Positions 1 through 10,047 of a stretch of DNA of 64,000 nucleotides are shown piece by piece. The DNA is from Terriglobia bacterium (lineage in GTDB: Bacteria; Acidobacteriota; Terriglobia; 20CM-2-55-15). The stretch's first letter is position 1; each line of letters starts with the position of its first letter. Under the pieces are notes generated by a model, which saw only the letters and a list, made by a program, of their open reading frames with translations, did not search any database and was not told the origin of the DNA. The stretch lies in assembly GCA_965198225.1 (NCBI GenBank), contig CBDAOY010000004.1, positions 224,001-288,000 of the forward strand, given 5' to 3'. The position numbers and the translations under genes were made by a program.

Positions 1-454
1 GCATGGTGTCCACGCTCCAGACCGGCTCGCCTGTTTCCAGCTCGACGGCGTGCAACTGTCCCTGCGCTCCGAAGGTGTAGACCACGCCGTCGACGACCAC
101 CGGCACGGAGCGCGGCCCTTCATCCCATCCGAAGTCGTCCCGGTACGTCGTCGGATACCCGTATTGCCACAGGCTCTTTCCCGTTTTTCGGTCGAACGCC
201 TCGACAACCTCGCGATCCGAAACGCGGTGAAACAGGATGATACGTCCGTCGACGACCACGGGCCCGCTCAACCCTTGACCGACCTGCTGCCGCCAGACGA
301 CCGGAGGGCCGCCCTCGCCCCAGGTTTCCGACAGCTCGGGGCCGCGGTAGACGCCGTTCCGATCGGGACCGAGGAACTGCGGCCAGTCCGCGGCCACGGT
401 CTCGAGTCCGACGATCAGCGCGATGAGCGTCGATGCAAGTGTCAGGGTTCGCAT
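1..454 (-). CDS. PQQ-binding-like beta-propeller protein, 5' part (runs off window)
   Basis: Manual translation from ATG 454: MRTLTLASTLIALIVGLETVAADWPQFLGPDRNG...WQYGYPTTYRDDFGWDEGPRSVPVVVDGVVYTFGAQGQLHAVELETG; signal peptide plus DWPQFxGP motif; absent from ORF track because open at the edge. Confidence 0.85.
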   Translation of the reverse strand, partial: MRTLTLASTLIALIVGLETVAADWPQFLGPDRNGVYRGPELSETWGEGGPPVVWRQQVGQGLSGPVVVDGRIILFHRVSDREVVEAFDRKTGKSLWQYGYPTTYRDDFGWDEGPRSVPVVVDGVVYTFGAQGQLHAVELETGEPVWSVDTM

Positions 455-706
455 TATGAAGTTCGGAACAGTCTACTAGAGAGTTCCGCCACGAGAACGG
501 ATTTTCTGTTTGTGCGTGGGTCCGCGAGGATTTGTTGCAGAAGCTTTGCCTCATACGATCATGGTTGCATCGCATGAACCGTCTCAAGGGCGGACTGGCG
601 ACTGTCGGTATGTGCTTGAACATGAGTTGGCGTCTTGATACGGTCGCACTCTCGGCTTGAGTTGACGATCCAGGCTGCCGGCTCGCTTCGCCGATTTGGT
701 TAACGG

Positions 707-3700
707 ATGAGCCTCCACCCGGCAAGACGCGACGAGCCTTTTCGGGCAATCTGCCTGAGACTCCCCGCTTGCCTGTTCCTTCTTTTGTTCCTTTCCGCTG
801 ATGCCTCATCGCAAAGCACCAACACCGGCTACCAGGGGCTCTCCTACACCGAGCGCGGCACGCTCAATGTGCCCGTGCCCGGCGGCGTCCAGGTCAACAC
901 CCATAACGGCAATCTCGTCGTGGGGCGCACCCTTTTCTTGATTCCAGGGATCGGGCTGCCGGTTCAATTTCGACTCACCTACAATTCGGATCATCGCCTG
1001 ATCAGCTCGCCGTTCGGATTCGGCTGGAACCTCTCCTACAACATCCGGTACACGCGGGACACGAGTGGCAATGTAGTGATCGTGTGGGGCGACGGGAGGC
1101 AGGATGGGTTTACCTCCAGCGGGGGGACGTTTACCTCTCCTGCCGGAGTGTACGTGACCTTGACGGAGCCAGTGTCCGGGCAACTGGTTTTGACGACAAA
1201 GCACAGCATCAACTTCAACTTTGCCGACAGCAACCATCAGAAGGTCACCTCGATCAGCGACCCGAACGGGAACAACCTGGCCTTCACCTACGGTGCGGGA
1301 CGGCTCACGACCCTCACCGACGCCGGGGGTAGGAGTTACACCCTGAGTTATGCATTTGACGGGAGGTTGATCCAGCTCTTTGACAACTCTGCGATACGAA
1401 CCTACAGCTTCACGTATGACGCCGCTGGCCGGCTCACGGGCATAACGGACCCCCTCGGGAACCTGGAAGCGTTCAGCTACGATCCGGAGAACCTGCTTAC
1501 AGGGGTAACGGACAGGCGTGGAAACTCGGCGACGATCAGCTATATCACACCAGCGGCGAGCCCCAATACCCGGCTGCCTCAGACTATAGCGAAGGCGGGA
1601 AGCACAACGGGCTTTGCTTACGACGGTTCAATCCTGACCACCACGCTCACCGATCCCAATGGTAACGACTGGACGTACGCCTATGACCCCGGCCGCCTGG
1701 TCCGCGTTGCCGACCCCGCAGGAAATTCCACCGACTTCACCTGGGACGGCAACAACAATCCCTTGACTCAGACGGATCGGAACGGGAACACGTCGACCTT
1801 TGCCTACGATGCGCTGGGGAACGTCCTTACCCGGATGGATGCTCTGGGTAACACGAGCACGTTGACATACGAACCCAGCTTCAACCGGCTGCTGACTTTT
1901 ACCGATCGCACCGGTCACACCTGGAACCATGCATACGATGCCGGCGGCAACGGGACCGGAAGCACCGATCCTCTGGGAAACTCCATTGCCCGGACCTATG
2001 ATGCCGCGGGGCAGATGACGGCGCGGACGGATCGAAGAGGTAACACCACCACTTTCGGTTACGACGCGAACGGAAACCTCAGCCGCGTGACCGACCCTCT
2101 CAATAATCTGACGCAGTTCACCTATGACGCGGGCAGCCGCCTCACGCAGACGACGAATGCCGTGGGCGACGTGACGTCATTCGTCTACGACTCTCTGGAC
2201 CGGCTGACCACAATCACGGACGCCCTAGGGAACAATGATTCTCGGACCTACGATGCCAACGGAAATTTGACCACCTACACCGACTTCCGGAGCAACAGCT
2301 GGACGCGGATCTATGGTGCCTTGAACCGTGAGACCGGCCGGGCCAACCCCACGGGAGGCAACTGGGCGTACGCCTATGACCCGGCGGGCAACCGGATCAC
2401 GCATACCGACGCCAAGGGTCAGGTGACGACCAACACGTTTGATTCCCTCAACCGCCTCGCGGGGCAGGCGTTCGACGATGCCACTGCCGCGACGTACACC
2501 TACGATCCCGTCGGCAACTTGCTCAACGCCGCGGATGCAGGCAGCGACTACGACTACACCTACGACGCCCTGAACCGCACGGCGCAGTTTACCGACAACG
2601 GCTTCACCAAGTCGGTCCTCTACGCCTACGACGCCGTGGGAAGACTCGTTTCCAAGACAGGTCCTGAAGGCGACGTCGCGACCTCCGTCTACGATGCGGC
2701 TGGCCGCCCCGTTACGTTCACCGATCCCACAGGCATCTCCACGATGACTTACGATGCGGAGGGGAACCGCTTGACGGACGCAAGACCCAACGGGGTCACG
2801 ACCACCTCGACCTACGATGCCAACGACCGGCAACTCTCCACGTCCCATGCCAACCTCGGCGGAGCGCTCCAGAGTTTTGCCTACACTCGCGACGGTGCTG
2901 GAAGGGTGACCCAGACGACCCGGGAGACCGGCGAAGTGATCGGCTATACGTACGACGATGCAAGCCGAGTGACTCTGGAGACAGGCGGGCAGGGGGCCCA
3001 GGCCTACAGCCGCACCCAGGAGTTCGACGCCAACGGCAACCGCACGCGCCTGGTCCACACGACGTCCTTCGGCACTTCCGATCAATTTTTCGCTTACGAC
3101 GCCGCCAATCGCGACAGCAACCCTCAGTTTCAGCACGACGCCAACGGCAGCCGGACCGGCGTCTTCGGAAATATCTTTATCTATGACGCCCGCAACCGGC
3201 TCGCTCGCCCGGCAGACCGTAGCACCTACACCTACGACGTCTTCAACCGTTTGATCGCTATCAACAGTCCCTTCAGCGGAACGAAGCGGATCATGTACGG
3301 GAGCAACACAGTGAGCTTGATAGACGCCAACGGCGAGGTGAGGAGGTATGTAGAAGAGGTTCCGTGGGAACGGGAGAGAGCGGTGTTGTTTGCCAGAGGA
3401 GAGGAGTTAGACGAAGCACGTGCGACGGCTCAAGTTATTGACGTGATACTCCCTCTCTTTGGAGCATTCGTTTTGTCCGCACTTGAGGACCATGCTGGTA
3501 GTGTGGCTGAGTTCGAGGCAGACAGGCACTTGCTCAAGAGTTGTCTAACCGAGACCGGTAACACTCAGATCCACACCGGCGACAACCGGGGAGCGGACCT
3601 GCGCTACTCCGCCGGCACCGATGGCATCGGCGCTCGGACCGACGCCGGCACGGTGCACGCCGATGGCGGCACCCGCGGCATCGACCTCCAGTTCGGCAAC

Positions 3701-3916
3701 ATCTCGGAATTTGTGAGTCTCGAGCCCGGCCAGGCGGAGGATTCCGGTAATAGTTTCGTCATCGAGATCGACGGAGCAGTCCTGGATTTCAGCAAGTACG
3801 TGCTGAACCCTGGCGTGACAGAGGGTAATAGCGGAGATTGGCCAGCTTGGGTTCAAGAAGAAACCGGTGGCCATGAAGGTGGACGTATTATTCCGGTGAG
3901 AGGGGATCCGAACTAA
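707..3916 (+). CDS. Secreted YD/RHS-repeat protein with DUF6531-like N-terminal domain
   Basis: Hydrophobic signal (LPACLFLLLFLSADASS), VNTHNGNL...LTYNS...FGFGW segment, dozens of YDxxGRL/DPxGN repeats. Confidence 0.9.
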   Translation: MSLHPARRDEPFRAICLRLPACLFLLLFLSADASSQSTNTGYQGLSYTERGTLNVPVPGGVQVNTHNGNLVVGRTLFLIPGIGLPVQFRLTYNSDHRLISSPFGFGWNLSYNIRYTRDTSGNVVIVWGDGRQDGFTSSGGTFTSPAGVYVTLTEPVSGQLVLTTKHSINFNFADSNHQKVTSISDPNGNNLAFTYGAGRLTTLTDAGGRSYTLSYAFDGRLIQLFDNSAIRTYSFTYDAAGRLTGITDPLGNLEAFSYDPENLLTGVTDRRGNSATISYITPAASPNTRLPQTIAKAGSTTGFAYDGSILTTTLTDPNGNDWTYAYDPGRLVRVADPAGNSTDFTWDGNNNPLTQTDRNGNTSTFAYDALGNVLTRMDALGNTSTLTYEPSFNRLLTFTDRTGHTWNHAYDAGGNGTGSTDPLGNSIARTYDAAGQMTARTDRRGNTTTFGYDANGNLSRVTDPLNNLTQFTYDAGSRLTQTTNAVGDVTSFVYDSLDRLTTITDALGNNDSRTYDANGNLTTYTDFRSNSWTRIYGALNRETGRANPTGGNWAYAYDPAGNRITHTDAKGQVTTNTFDSLNRLAGQAFDDATAATYTYDPVGNLLNAADAGSDYDYTYDALNRTAQFTDNGFTKSVLYAYDAVGRLVSKTGPEGDVATSVYDAAGRPVTFTDPTGISTMTYDAEGNRLTDARPNGVTTTSTYDANDRQLSTSHANLGGALQSFAYTRDGAGRVTQTTRETGEVIGYTYDDASRVTLETGGQGAQAYSRTQEFDANGNRTRLVHTTSFGTSDQFFAYDAANRDSNPQFQHDANGSRTGVFGNIFIYDARNRLARPADRSTYTYDVFNRLIAINSPFSGTKRIMYGSNTVSLIDANGEVRRYVEEVPWERERAVLFARGEELDEARATAQVIDVILPLFGAFVLSALEDHAGSVAEFEADRHLLKSCLTETGNTQIHTGDNRGADLRYSAGTDGIGARTDAGTVHADGGTRGIDLQFGNISEFVSLEPGQAEDSGNSFVIEIDGAVLDFSKYVLNPGVTEGNSGDWPAWVQEETGGHEGGRIIPVRGDPN

Positions 3917-3944
3917 CCATAGCCAGAAAAAAAGTGCTAACTAA

Positions 3945-6900
3945 GTGCTAACCAATAGTCGCCGGCAAGAGAGAGTCCTGTTCTCATTGCTCCTTGTTTT
4001 CCTTACTACTCCCGCTTTTGCGGGTCAGGGGAGCAATCTGGGCAGTTTCGCCACCAATTTTTCTCCGGCGGTGGTCACCGGGCAGGTGACCAGCGGGGGA
4101 GCTCCGGTGGCCGGTGTGAGTGTCTCCACCATCGCCGGTCATTCGACTACGACGGATGGCGCTGGCGACTATACCCTGCATTTGGACGCCCCCGGGATCT
4201 ACAGCGTAACGGCCCAGACTGCCGCGGAGGTGGCGACGGGGACGGTGGATGTGGCGTTAGGTGCGACGACGACGTTGAACGCCCCCGGGATCTACAGCGT
4301 AACGGCCCAGACTGCCGCGGAGGTGGCGACGGGGACCTGCGACGACGACGTTGAACCTGTCGCTTTCGCCCGACCCCGACGGCGATGGGGTGGGCGACAA
4401 CGCGGACAATTGTCCCTCCGTCGCCAACCCCGATCAGGCCGACGCGGACGGTGACGGTATCGGTGATGCTTGCGATCCCTTCCCCGATGATCCAACTAAC
4501 GGCACGCTCAGCGACGCCTTCCTCGATGCCGTCTTTGCGAACGCTAACGTACCCAATCGCGTGTGTCGGGGAGATGGCACTGGTGGCTTCGCATGCAGTG
4601 ATATCAGCCCGGACACGAACGCCAGCCTCGACGTGACGCTGGGCGACCTGAACGGCGATGCCACCCTCGACGCCGTGTTTGCGAATGCTAACGTACCCAA
4701 TCGCGTCTGTCTGGACGATGGCAGCGGCTTTGCCTGCAGTGATGTCAGCCCGGACACGAATTTCAGCCAAAGCGTGGCACTCGGCGACCTTGACGGGGGC
4801 ACCATCCTCGATGCCGTCTTTGCGAATGTCGGCCTGCGCAATCGCGTCTGTCTGGGCGACGGCAGCGGCGGCTTCGCCTGCAGCGATGTCAGCCTGGACA
4901 CGAACAGGAGCGAAGGCTTGGTACTGGGCGACGTGGACGGCGACGCGAACCTCGATGCCGTCTTCGCGAACAATAACGAAGCTAATCGCGTCTGTCTGGG
5001 CGATGGCAGCGGCGGCTTTACCTGCAGCGATGTCAGCCCGGACACGAACAGGAGCCACCGCGTGGCGTTGGGCGATGTGGACGGCGATGCGAACCTCGAT
5101 GCGGTCTTTGCAAATGACAACCCACCCAATCGGGCGTGTTTGGGCGATGGCAGCGGCGGCTTCACCTGCAGTGACGTCAGCCCGGACCCGAACGGCAGCT
5201 TCGGCGTGGCGCTGGGCGACGTGGACGGGGACGCGAACCTCGATGCTGTCTTTGCGAATAGAACCTCCAACTTACCTAATCGGGTGTGTCTGGGCGATGG
5301 CAGCGGCGGCTTCACCTGCAGCGATGTCAGTGCGGACACGAACACCAGCTTCGGCGTGGGACTGAGCGACGTGGACGGCGATGGCAAGCTCGACGCTGTC
5401 TTCGCAAATACGGAGCAACGCGATCGCGTGTGCCTGGGAGATGGCGTGGGCGGCTTTACCTGCGGCGATGTCAGTGCGGAGACGAACGCCAGTTGGGCGG
5501 TCGCGCTGGGCACGCTGGGTCCCCCTCCCGATGGTGATGACGACGGCGCGGTGGATGCCGTGGACAACTGTCCGGCCATCGCCAATCCGGACCAGGCCGA
5601 CGGCGACGGCGACGGTTTGGGCGATGTCTGTGACCCCTTCCCAAGCGATCCGGCCAACGACGTGGATGGTGATGGGTTAGGCGCCTTTGTGGACAACTGC
5701 CCGGCTATCGCCAACCCCGATCAAGCGGACGCGGACGGCGACGGTTTGGGCGATGTCTGCGATCCCTTCCCCGGCGATCCGGCTAACGACGCGGACGGTG
5801 ATGGGGCAGGCGGTGACGTCGACAACTGCCCGGCCATTGCCAACCCGGACCAGGCTGATGTGGACACCGACGGTGTGGGTGACGTTTGCGATGCGTTCCC
5901 AAACGATCCCGCTAACGGTGCGGGCGGCGACGGCTTCCTCGATATTGTCTTTGGGAACGACAGCCAACCCAATCTCGCGTGCTTCGGCAATGGCGGCGGC
6001 GCATTTGCGTGCAGTGACGTCAGCTCGGAGACAAAAACCAGCTTCGGTGTCGCGCTCGCCGACCTGAACGGCGATGCCATCCTCGACGCTGCCTTCGCGA
6101 ATATCAACCGACCGAATCGCGTGTGTCTGGGCGATGTCACCGGTGGGTTTGCCTGTAGCGATGTCAGCTCGGACGCTAATGACAGCCGCGGCGTGGCGCT
6201 GGGCGACGTGGACGGCGACACTTTCATCGATGCTGTCTTTACGAATATCAACCAGCCGAATCGCGTGTGTCTGGGCGACGGCACCGGCGGTTTTGTCTCG
6301 TGCAGCGATGTCAGTTCGGACGCGAACACCAGCACGGGCGTGGCGCTGGGGGACGTGGATGGCGATGCCGTCCTCGATGCCGTCTTTGCGAACAGCGTCC
6401 AGCCCAATCGCGTGTGCTTGACCGATGGCGTCGGCGGCTTTGCGTGCAGCGATATAAGCCCGGGTGCGAAGGGTAGCCGCGGTGTAGCGCTGGGTGACGT
6501 GAACGGCGATGCCGTCCTCGATGCTGTCTTTGCGAATTTCAACCAGCCCGATCAGGTGTGTCTGGGCAATGGCAGCGGCGGCTTTACGTGCAGCGATGTC
6601 AGTTCGGGTGTGGATGCCAGCACAGGTGTGGCGCTGGGCGACGTGAACGGCGATGCCATCCTCGACGCTGTCTTTGCGAATTTCCACCAACCAAATCAGG
6701 CGTGTCTCGGCGACGGCAGTGGTGGCTTTGCGTCGTGCAGTGATGTCAGCCCGGTTGCGAAGGGTAGCCGCAGCGTGGCGCTGGGGGACGTGGACGGCGA
6801 TGCCAACATGGATGCTGTATTTGCGAATTTCAGCCGACCCAATGATGTGTGTCTGAGCACCAATCGTGTGTGTTTGGGCGATGGCGCTGGCGGCTTTGTG

Positions 6901-9217
6901 TCGTGCAGTGAAGTCGTACCGGACACGAGCCCCAGCGGATCCGAGTTCCCCAGCGTAGACGTGGCGCTGGGTACGCTGGGCGCTGCTCCCAGTGATGCTG
7001 ATGACGACGGCGTGGACGGTGCCGTTGACAACTGCCCGTTTGATGCCAACCCGAACCAGGTCGACGCCGACGGCGACGGCGTTGGCGACGTTTGCGATAA
7101 CGCTCCCAACACTCCCAACCCGGGCCAGGCGGATGGTGACGCGGACGGCATCTTTGCGACGTGATGGCGCGGGCGGCTTTGCAGCTCGGACACGAACAAC
7201 TGCCCGGTGGGCAACGGCGGCGATGCTTGCGAACCCGGATCAGGCGGATGCGGACGGCGACGGGGCGGGCAACGTCTGCGATGGCTTCCCCAACGATCCG
7301 ACCGACGATGCGGACAGTGATGCCACCCTGGATGCGGTCTTCGCGAATGTCGGTCAACCCAGCCGGGTGTGTGAGAGCGCCGGCGCCGGTGGCTTTACCT
7401 GTAGCGATGTCAGCCTGGATGTGAATGACAGTGTCGATGTGGCGCTGGGGGACGTGAACGGCGACACCTTCCTCGATGCAGTCATCGCGAACGACAGCCA
7501 GCCCAATCGTGTGTGTCTGGGTGATAGCAGCGGGGGCTTCAGCTCGTGCAGCGATGTCAGCCCGGACGGGAACTTCAGCTTCGGTGTGGCGCTGGGGGAC
7601 GTGAACCGCGACGGCGCGGTCGATGCGGTCATTGCGAATGCGACGCAACCCGATCGTGTGTGTCTGGGCGACGGTGCCGGCGGCTTCGTGTGTGGTGATG
7701 TCAGCTCGGATACGAACAACAGCAACGGTGTGGCGTTGGGGGACGTGAACGGCGACACCTTCCTGGACGCCGTCTTGGCGAGCTTTCCCAATCGTGTGTG
7801 TTTGGGCGATGGCGCCGGCGGCTTCGCGTGCGGTGATGCCAGCTCGGATACGAACAGCAGCAACGGTGTAGCGCTGGGCGACGTGGACGGCGATACCATT
7901 CTCGATGCTGTCTTTGCCAATCAAAACCAGCCCAATCGAGTGTGTCTGGGGGATGGCGCGGGCGGCTTTGCGTGCAGTGATGTGAGCTCGGACACGAACG
8001 TCAGCCTCGGCGTGGGGCTGGGCGATGTGAACAACGACACCATCTTTGATGCTGTCTTCGTGAATGACCGCCAACCCAATCGCGTGTGTCTGGGCAACGG
8101 CGCCGGCGGGTTTACCTGCAGTGATGTCAGCCCGGATGCGAGCGCCGGCCGCAGCGTGGCGCTGGGCAGGTTGGGTGCCAACGTGGACAACTGTCCGGCC
8201 ATCGCCAACCCGGATCAGGCGGATGCGGACGGCGACGGCGTGGGCGATGTCTGCGACAACGATGTCGTCCTCGGCACTGGCGGCGGGACAGTTACGGATC
8301 CGGCTGGCTCGGGTGCTACCTTTAGCGTGGGCGCTGGTGTCCTGCCAGGGAACACCCAAGTGTTCATCGACGTGATTCCTGATCCTGGCGTCTCGACGCC
8401 ACCAGGGTTCATCGGACCGGCAACGCTGTTTGTGAACTTTACCCTGGTCCCGAACCCCAGTTCCTTGCCTCCTCCGGGAGCGACCATCACACTGCCCCTT
8501 GCCTTTCCGCTTCCCGACGGGACTCCCGTGCCGCTGTTCGAATTCGACCCGCCGACGGGCACGTTGATCGATACAGGGATCGTCGGATCAGTGGATCCGA
8601 GCACTAGCACCGCCACCTTCAGCGGCGTCACTGATTTCTCCGTGTTCGTCGGCCTTGCGGGGTTTGTGCCTTTCTCCGCCTTCGATCCCGAAGTTGAAAT
8701 CGATGACGATGAACTTGAAGTGAAAGGCAGTTTCACTCTCGGGACTGGGAGTGACGGCATCGATCCGATCAACGAAGTTGTCACCATTGAAGTGGGGGCC
8801 TTCAGCGCGACGATCCCGGCGGGCTCATTTGAATCGGACGGTTCCGGACCCTTTGGAGCGGCCGAGTTCGAAGGTGTCATCGACGGCGTGAGAATGAAGT
8901 TCGAGATTCGAAAGGGCGGGGGCGACAGCTTCGGGTTCGAGGTCGAGGGGAAAGATACGGATCTGGGCGGGACCGTCAATCCCGTAGAAATCATACTCAT
9001 CATCGGCGATGACAGGGGAAGTGGAAGCGTCAGCGCCGAGATCGACCTCAAGTCTGAGAAATCCGACAAGTCCGACAAGTCCGACAAATCGGACAAGTCT
9101 GCCAAGTCGGACAAGTCTGCTAAGTCTGGCAAGTCCGGCAAGTCGACCAAATCTGGCAAATCGGGCAAGTCTGGCAAGTCTGGCAAGTCGGGAAAATCCG
9201 GCAAGTCTGGCCAATAG
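3945..9217 (+). CDS. Giant secreted repeat protein (carboxypeptidase-regulatory-like Ig domain, TSP3 Ca-binding repeats, FG-GAP/VCBS-like propellers, C-terminal domain with (KSx)n tail); split into ORFs 3945-4454, 4351-7164, 6992-9217
   Basis: Signal peptide only in first ORF; DNCPxxANPDQADxDGDGxGDxCD and ALGDVDGDxxLDAVFAN repeats in second and third; removing duplicated 4281-4356 fuses ORF1 to ORF2 in frame; scrambled junction near 7150-7230. Confidence 0.75.
4186..4356 (+). repeat. Imperfect tandem duplication causing frameshift
   Basis: 4186-4243 repeated at 4279-4336 and 4262-4280 repeated at 4338-4356; net 76 bp extra. Confidence 0.9.
9050..9214 (+). repeat. 9-bp coding repeat, 18 x Lys-Ser-x
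   Basis: KSE KSD KSD KSD KSD KSA KSD KSA KSG KSG KST (KSG)x7 Q-stop with mixed synonymous codons. Confidence 0.95.
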
Positions 9218-9323
9218 AAATCTGTCTCGAATTGTCGTTGATTGATCGCGAGTTGATCGCGCTCCAGGAGCCGGGGCGGGACAGTAATGGACAATCCGAA
9301 GAACTGACGGAAAGAGCCGAGCC

Positions 9324-9612
9324 TTAACCTTTAGGTTTTTCCACTTCTTGAGCCCCGTGCCAAACGGCAACAATCCAAGCCGTGTTCTTCTCGACGCGAT
9401 AGAAGAAACGGTATGGGCTGATCACTACTTCGCGGTGGGGCAGCTCGGGAGATTCTGGCAGCACCCGGCCGGAATCGGTATTTCTCGAGTCGTCTCAAGA
9501 TCCGTTCGGCTCGGTCGCGAAACTTCCTCGCGGCTCCGGGCTTGTCCTTTTGGATGTAGGCCAGTCCTTCGAGAAACTGACGCCGTGCCGAGGGCGTAAA
9601 GCGGATTCTCAC
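9324..9612 (-). pseudogene. RelE/ParE-family toxin, frameshifted near 9477
   Basis: N-half MRIRFTPSARRQFLEGLAYIQKDKPGAARKF...LEKY; C-half in another frame DSGRVLPESPELPHREVVISPYRFFYRVEKNTAWIVAVWHGAQ to TAA 9324; downstream of antitoxin. Confidence 0.8.
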
Positions 9613-9614
9613 AG

Positions 9615-9890
9615 CTACCCATTCTTGAGCAATCTATCCGCGTCCCGCAGAACACTGTCAAGGGAATGCCCCTTACCTTCCCCCACCTCCTTCTCGCCCT
9701 GAGCCAGTAGACGAAGCAGTTCATTCTCTCTCTGGGAACGCTCGTAGGCCTCGACACTGAGCAGGACGGCCGTTGCTCGTCCTCGCTGCGTGATTACGCA
9801 GGGCTCATCAGAGTTTTGGATCTCGTCTAACAGAGACGCGGCATCCTGCCGGAGATCAGTGATCGGTACGATCTTGGGAACCCTAGCCAT
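9615..9890 (-). CDS. Phd/YefM-family antitoxin
   Basis: IVPITDLRQDAASLLDEI...PCVITQRGRATAVLLSVEAYE; GGAGG RBS. Confidence 0.92.
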   Translation of the reverse strand: MARVPKIVPITDLRQDAASLLDEIQNSDEPCVITQRGRATAVLLSVEAYERSQRENELLRLLAQGEKEVGEGKGHSLDSVLRDADRLLKNG

Positions 9891-9891
9891 G

Positions 9892-9919
9892 GTACCTCCA
9901 AACGTACCTCTAATAGTAC
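9892..9919 (-). promoter_or_regulatory. Putative autorepression operator of the TA operon
   Basis: GTAC palindromes at 9892, 9904, 9916 (12-bp period) overlapping RBS and a TACTAT -10-like box. Confidence 0.6.
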
Positions 9920-9966
9920 GCTCGACAGGTCTTCAGGGCCAAGGCCAGTTAGATTTTGAAGGTCGC

Positions 9967-10038
9967 GTGTAGGTGCGCTCTCTATGAGCGCACATCTCTC
10001 GAACCAGAACGCTGTGCGGTCACAGACCGCACCTACAC
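9967..10038. repeat. REPIN-like doublet of GTAG-type REPs
   Basis: GTGTAG-GTGCGCTC(TC)TATGAGCGCAC, 20-bp spacer, inverted REP ending CCTACAC. Confidence 0.85.
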
Positions 10039-10047
10039 CCGGGGGGT

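Noticed and set aside
50-809. ORFs 50-577 (+) and 120-809 (-)
   Set aside because: Shadows of the PQQ-like gene read manually at 1-454 (-)
3301-3916. Diversity-generating retroelement target in RHS tip
   Set aside because: No template repeat or reverse transcriptase in the window
8215-9294. Minus-strand ORF with (PDL)n repeat, and 40957-41313 (+)
   Set aside because: Antisense mirror of the KSx tails; sense frames continue recognisable domains
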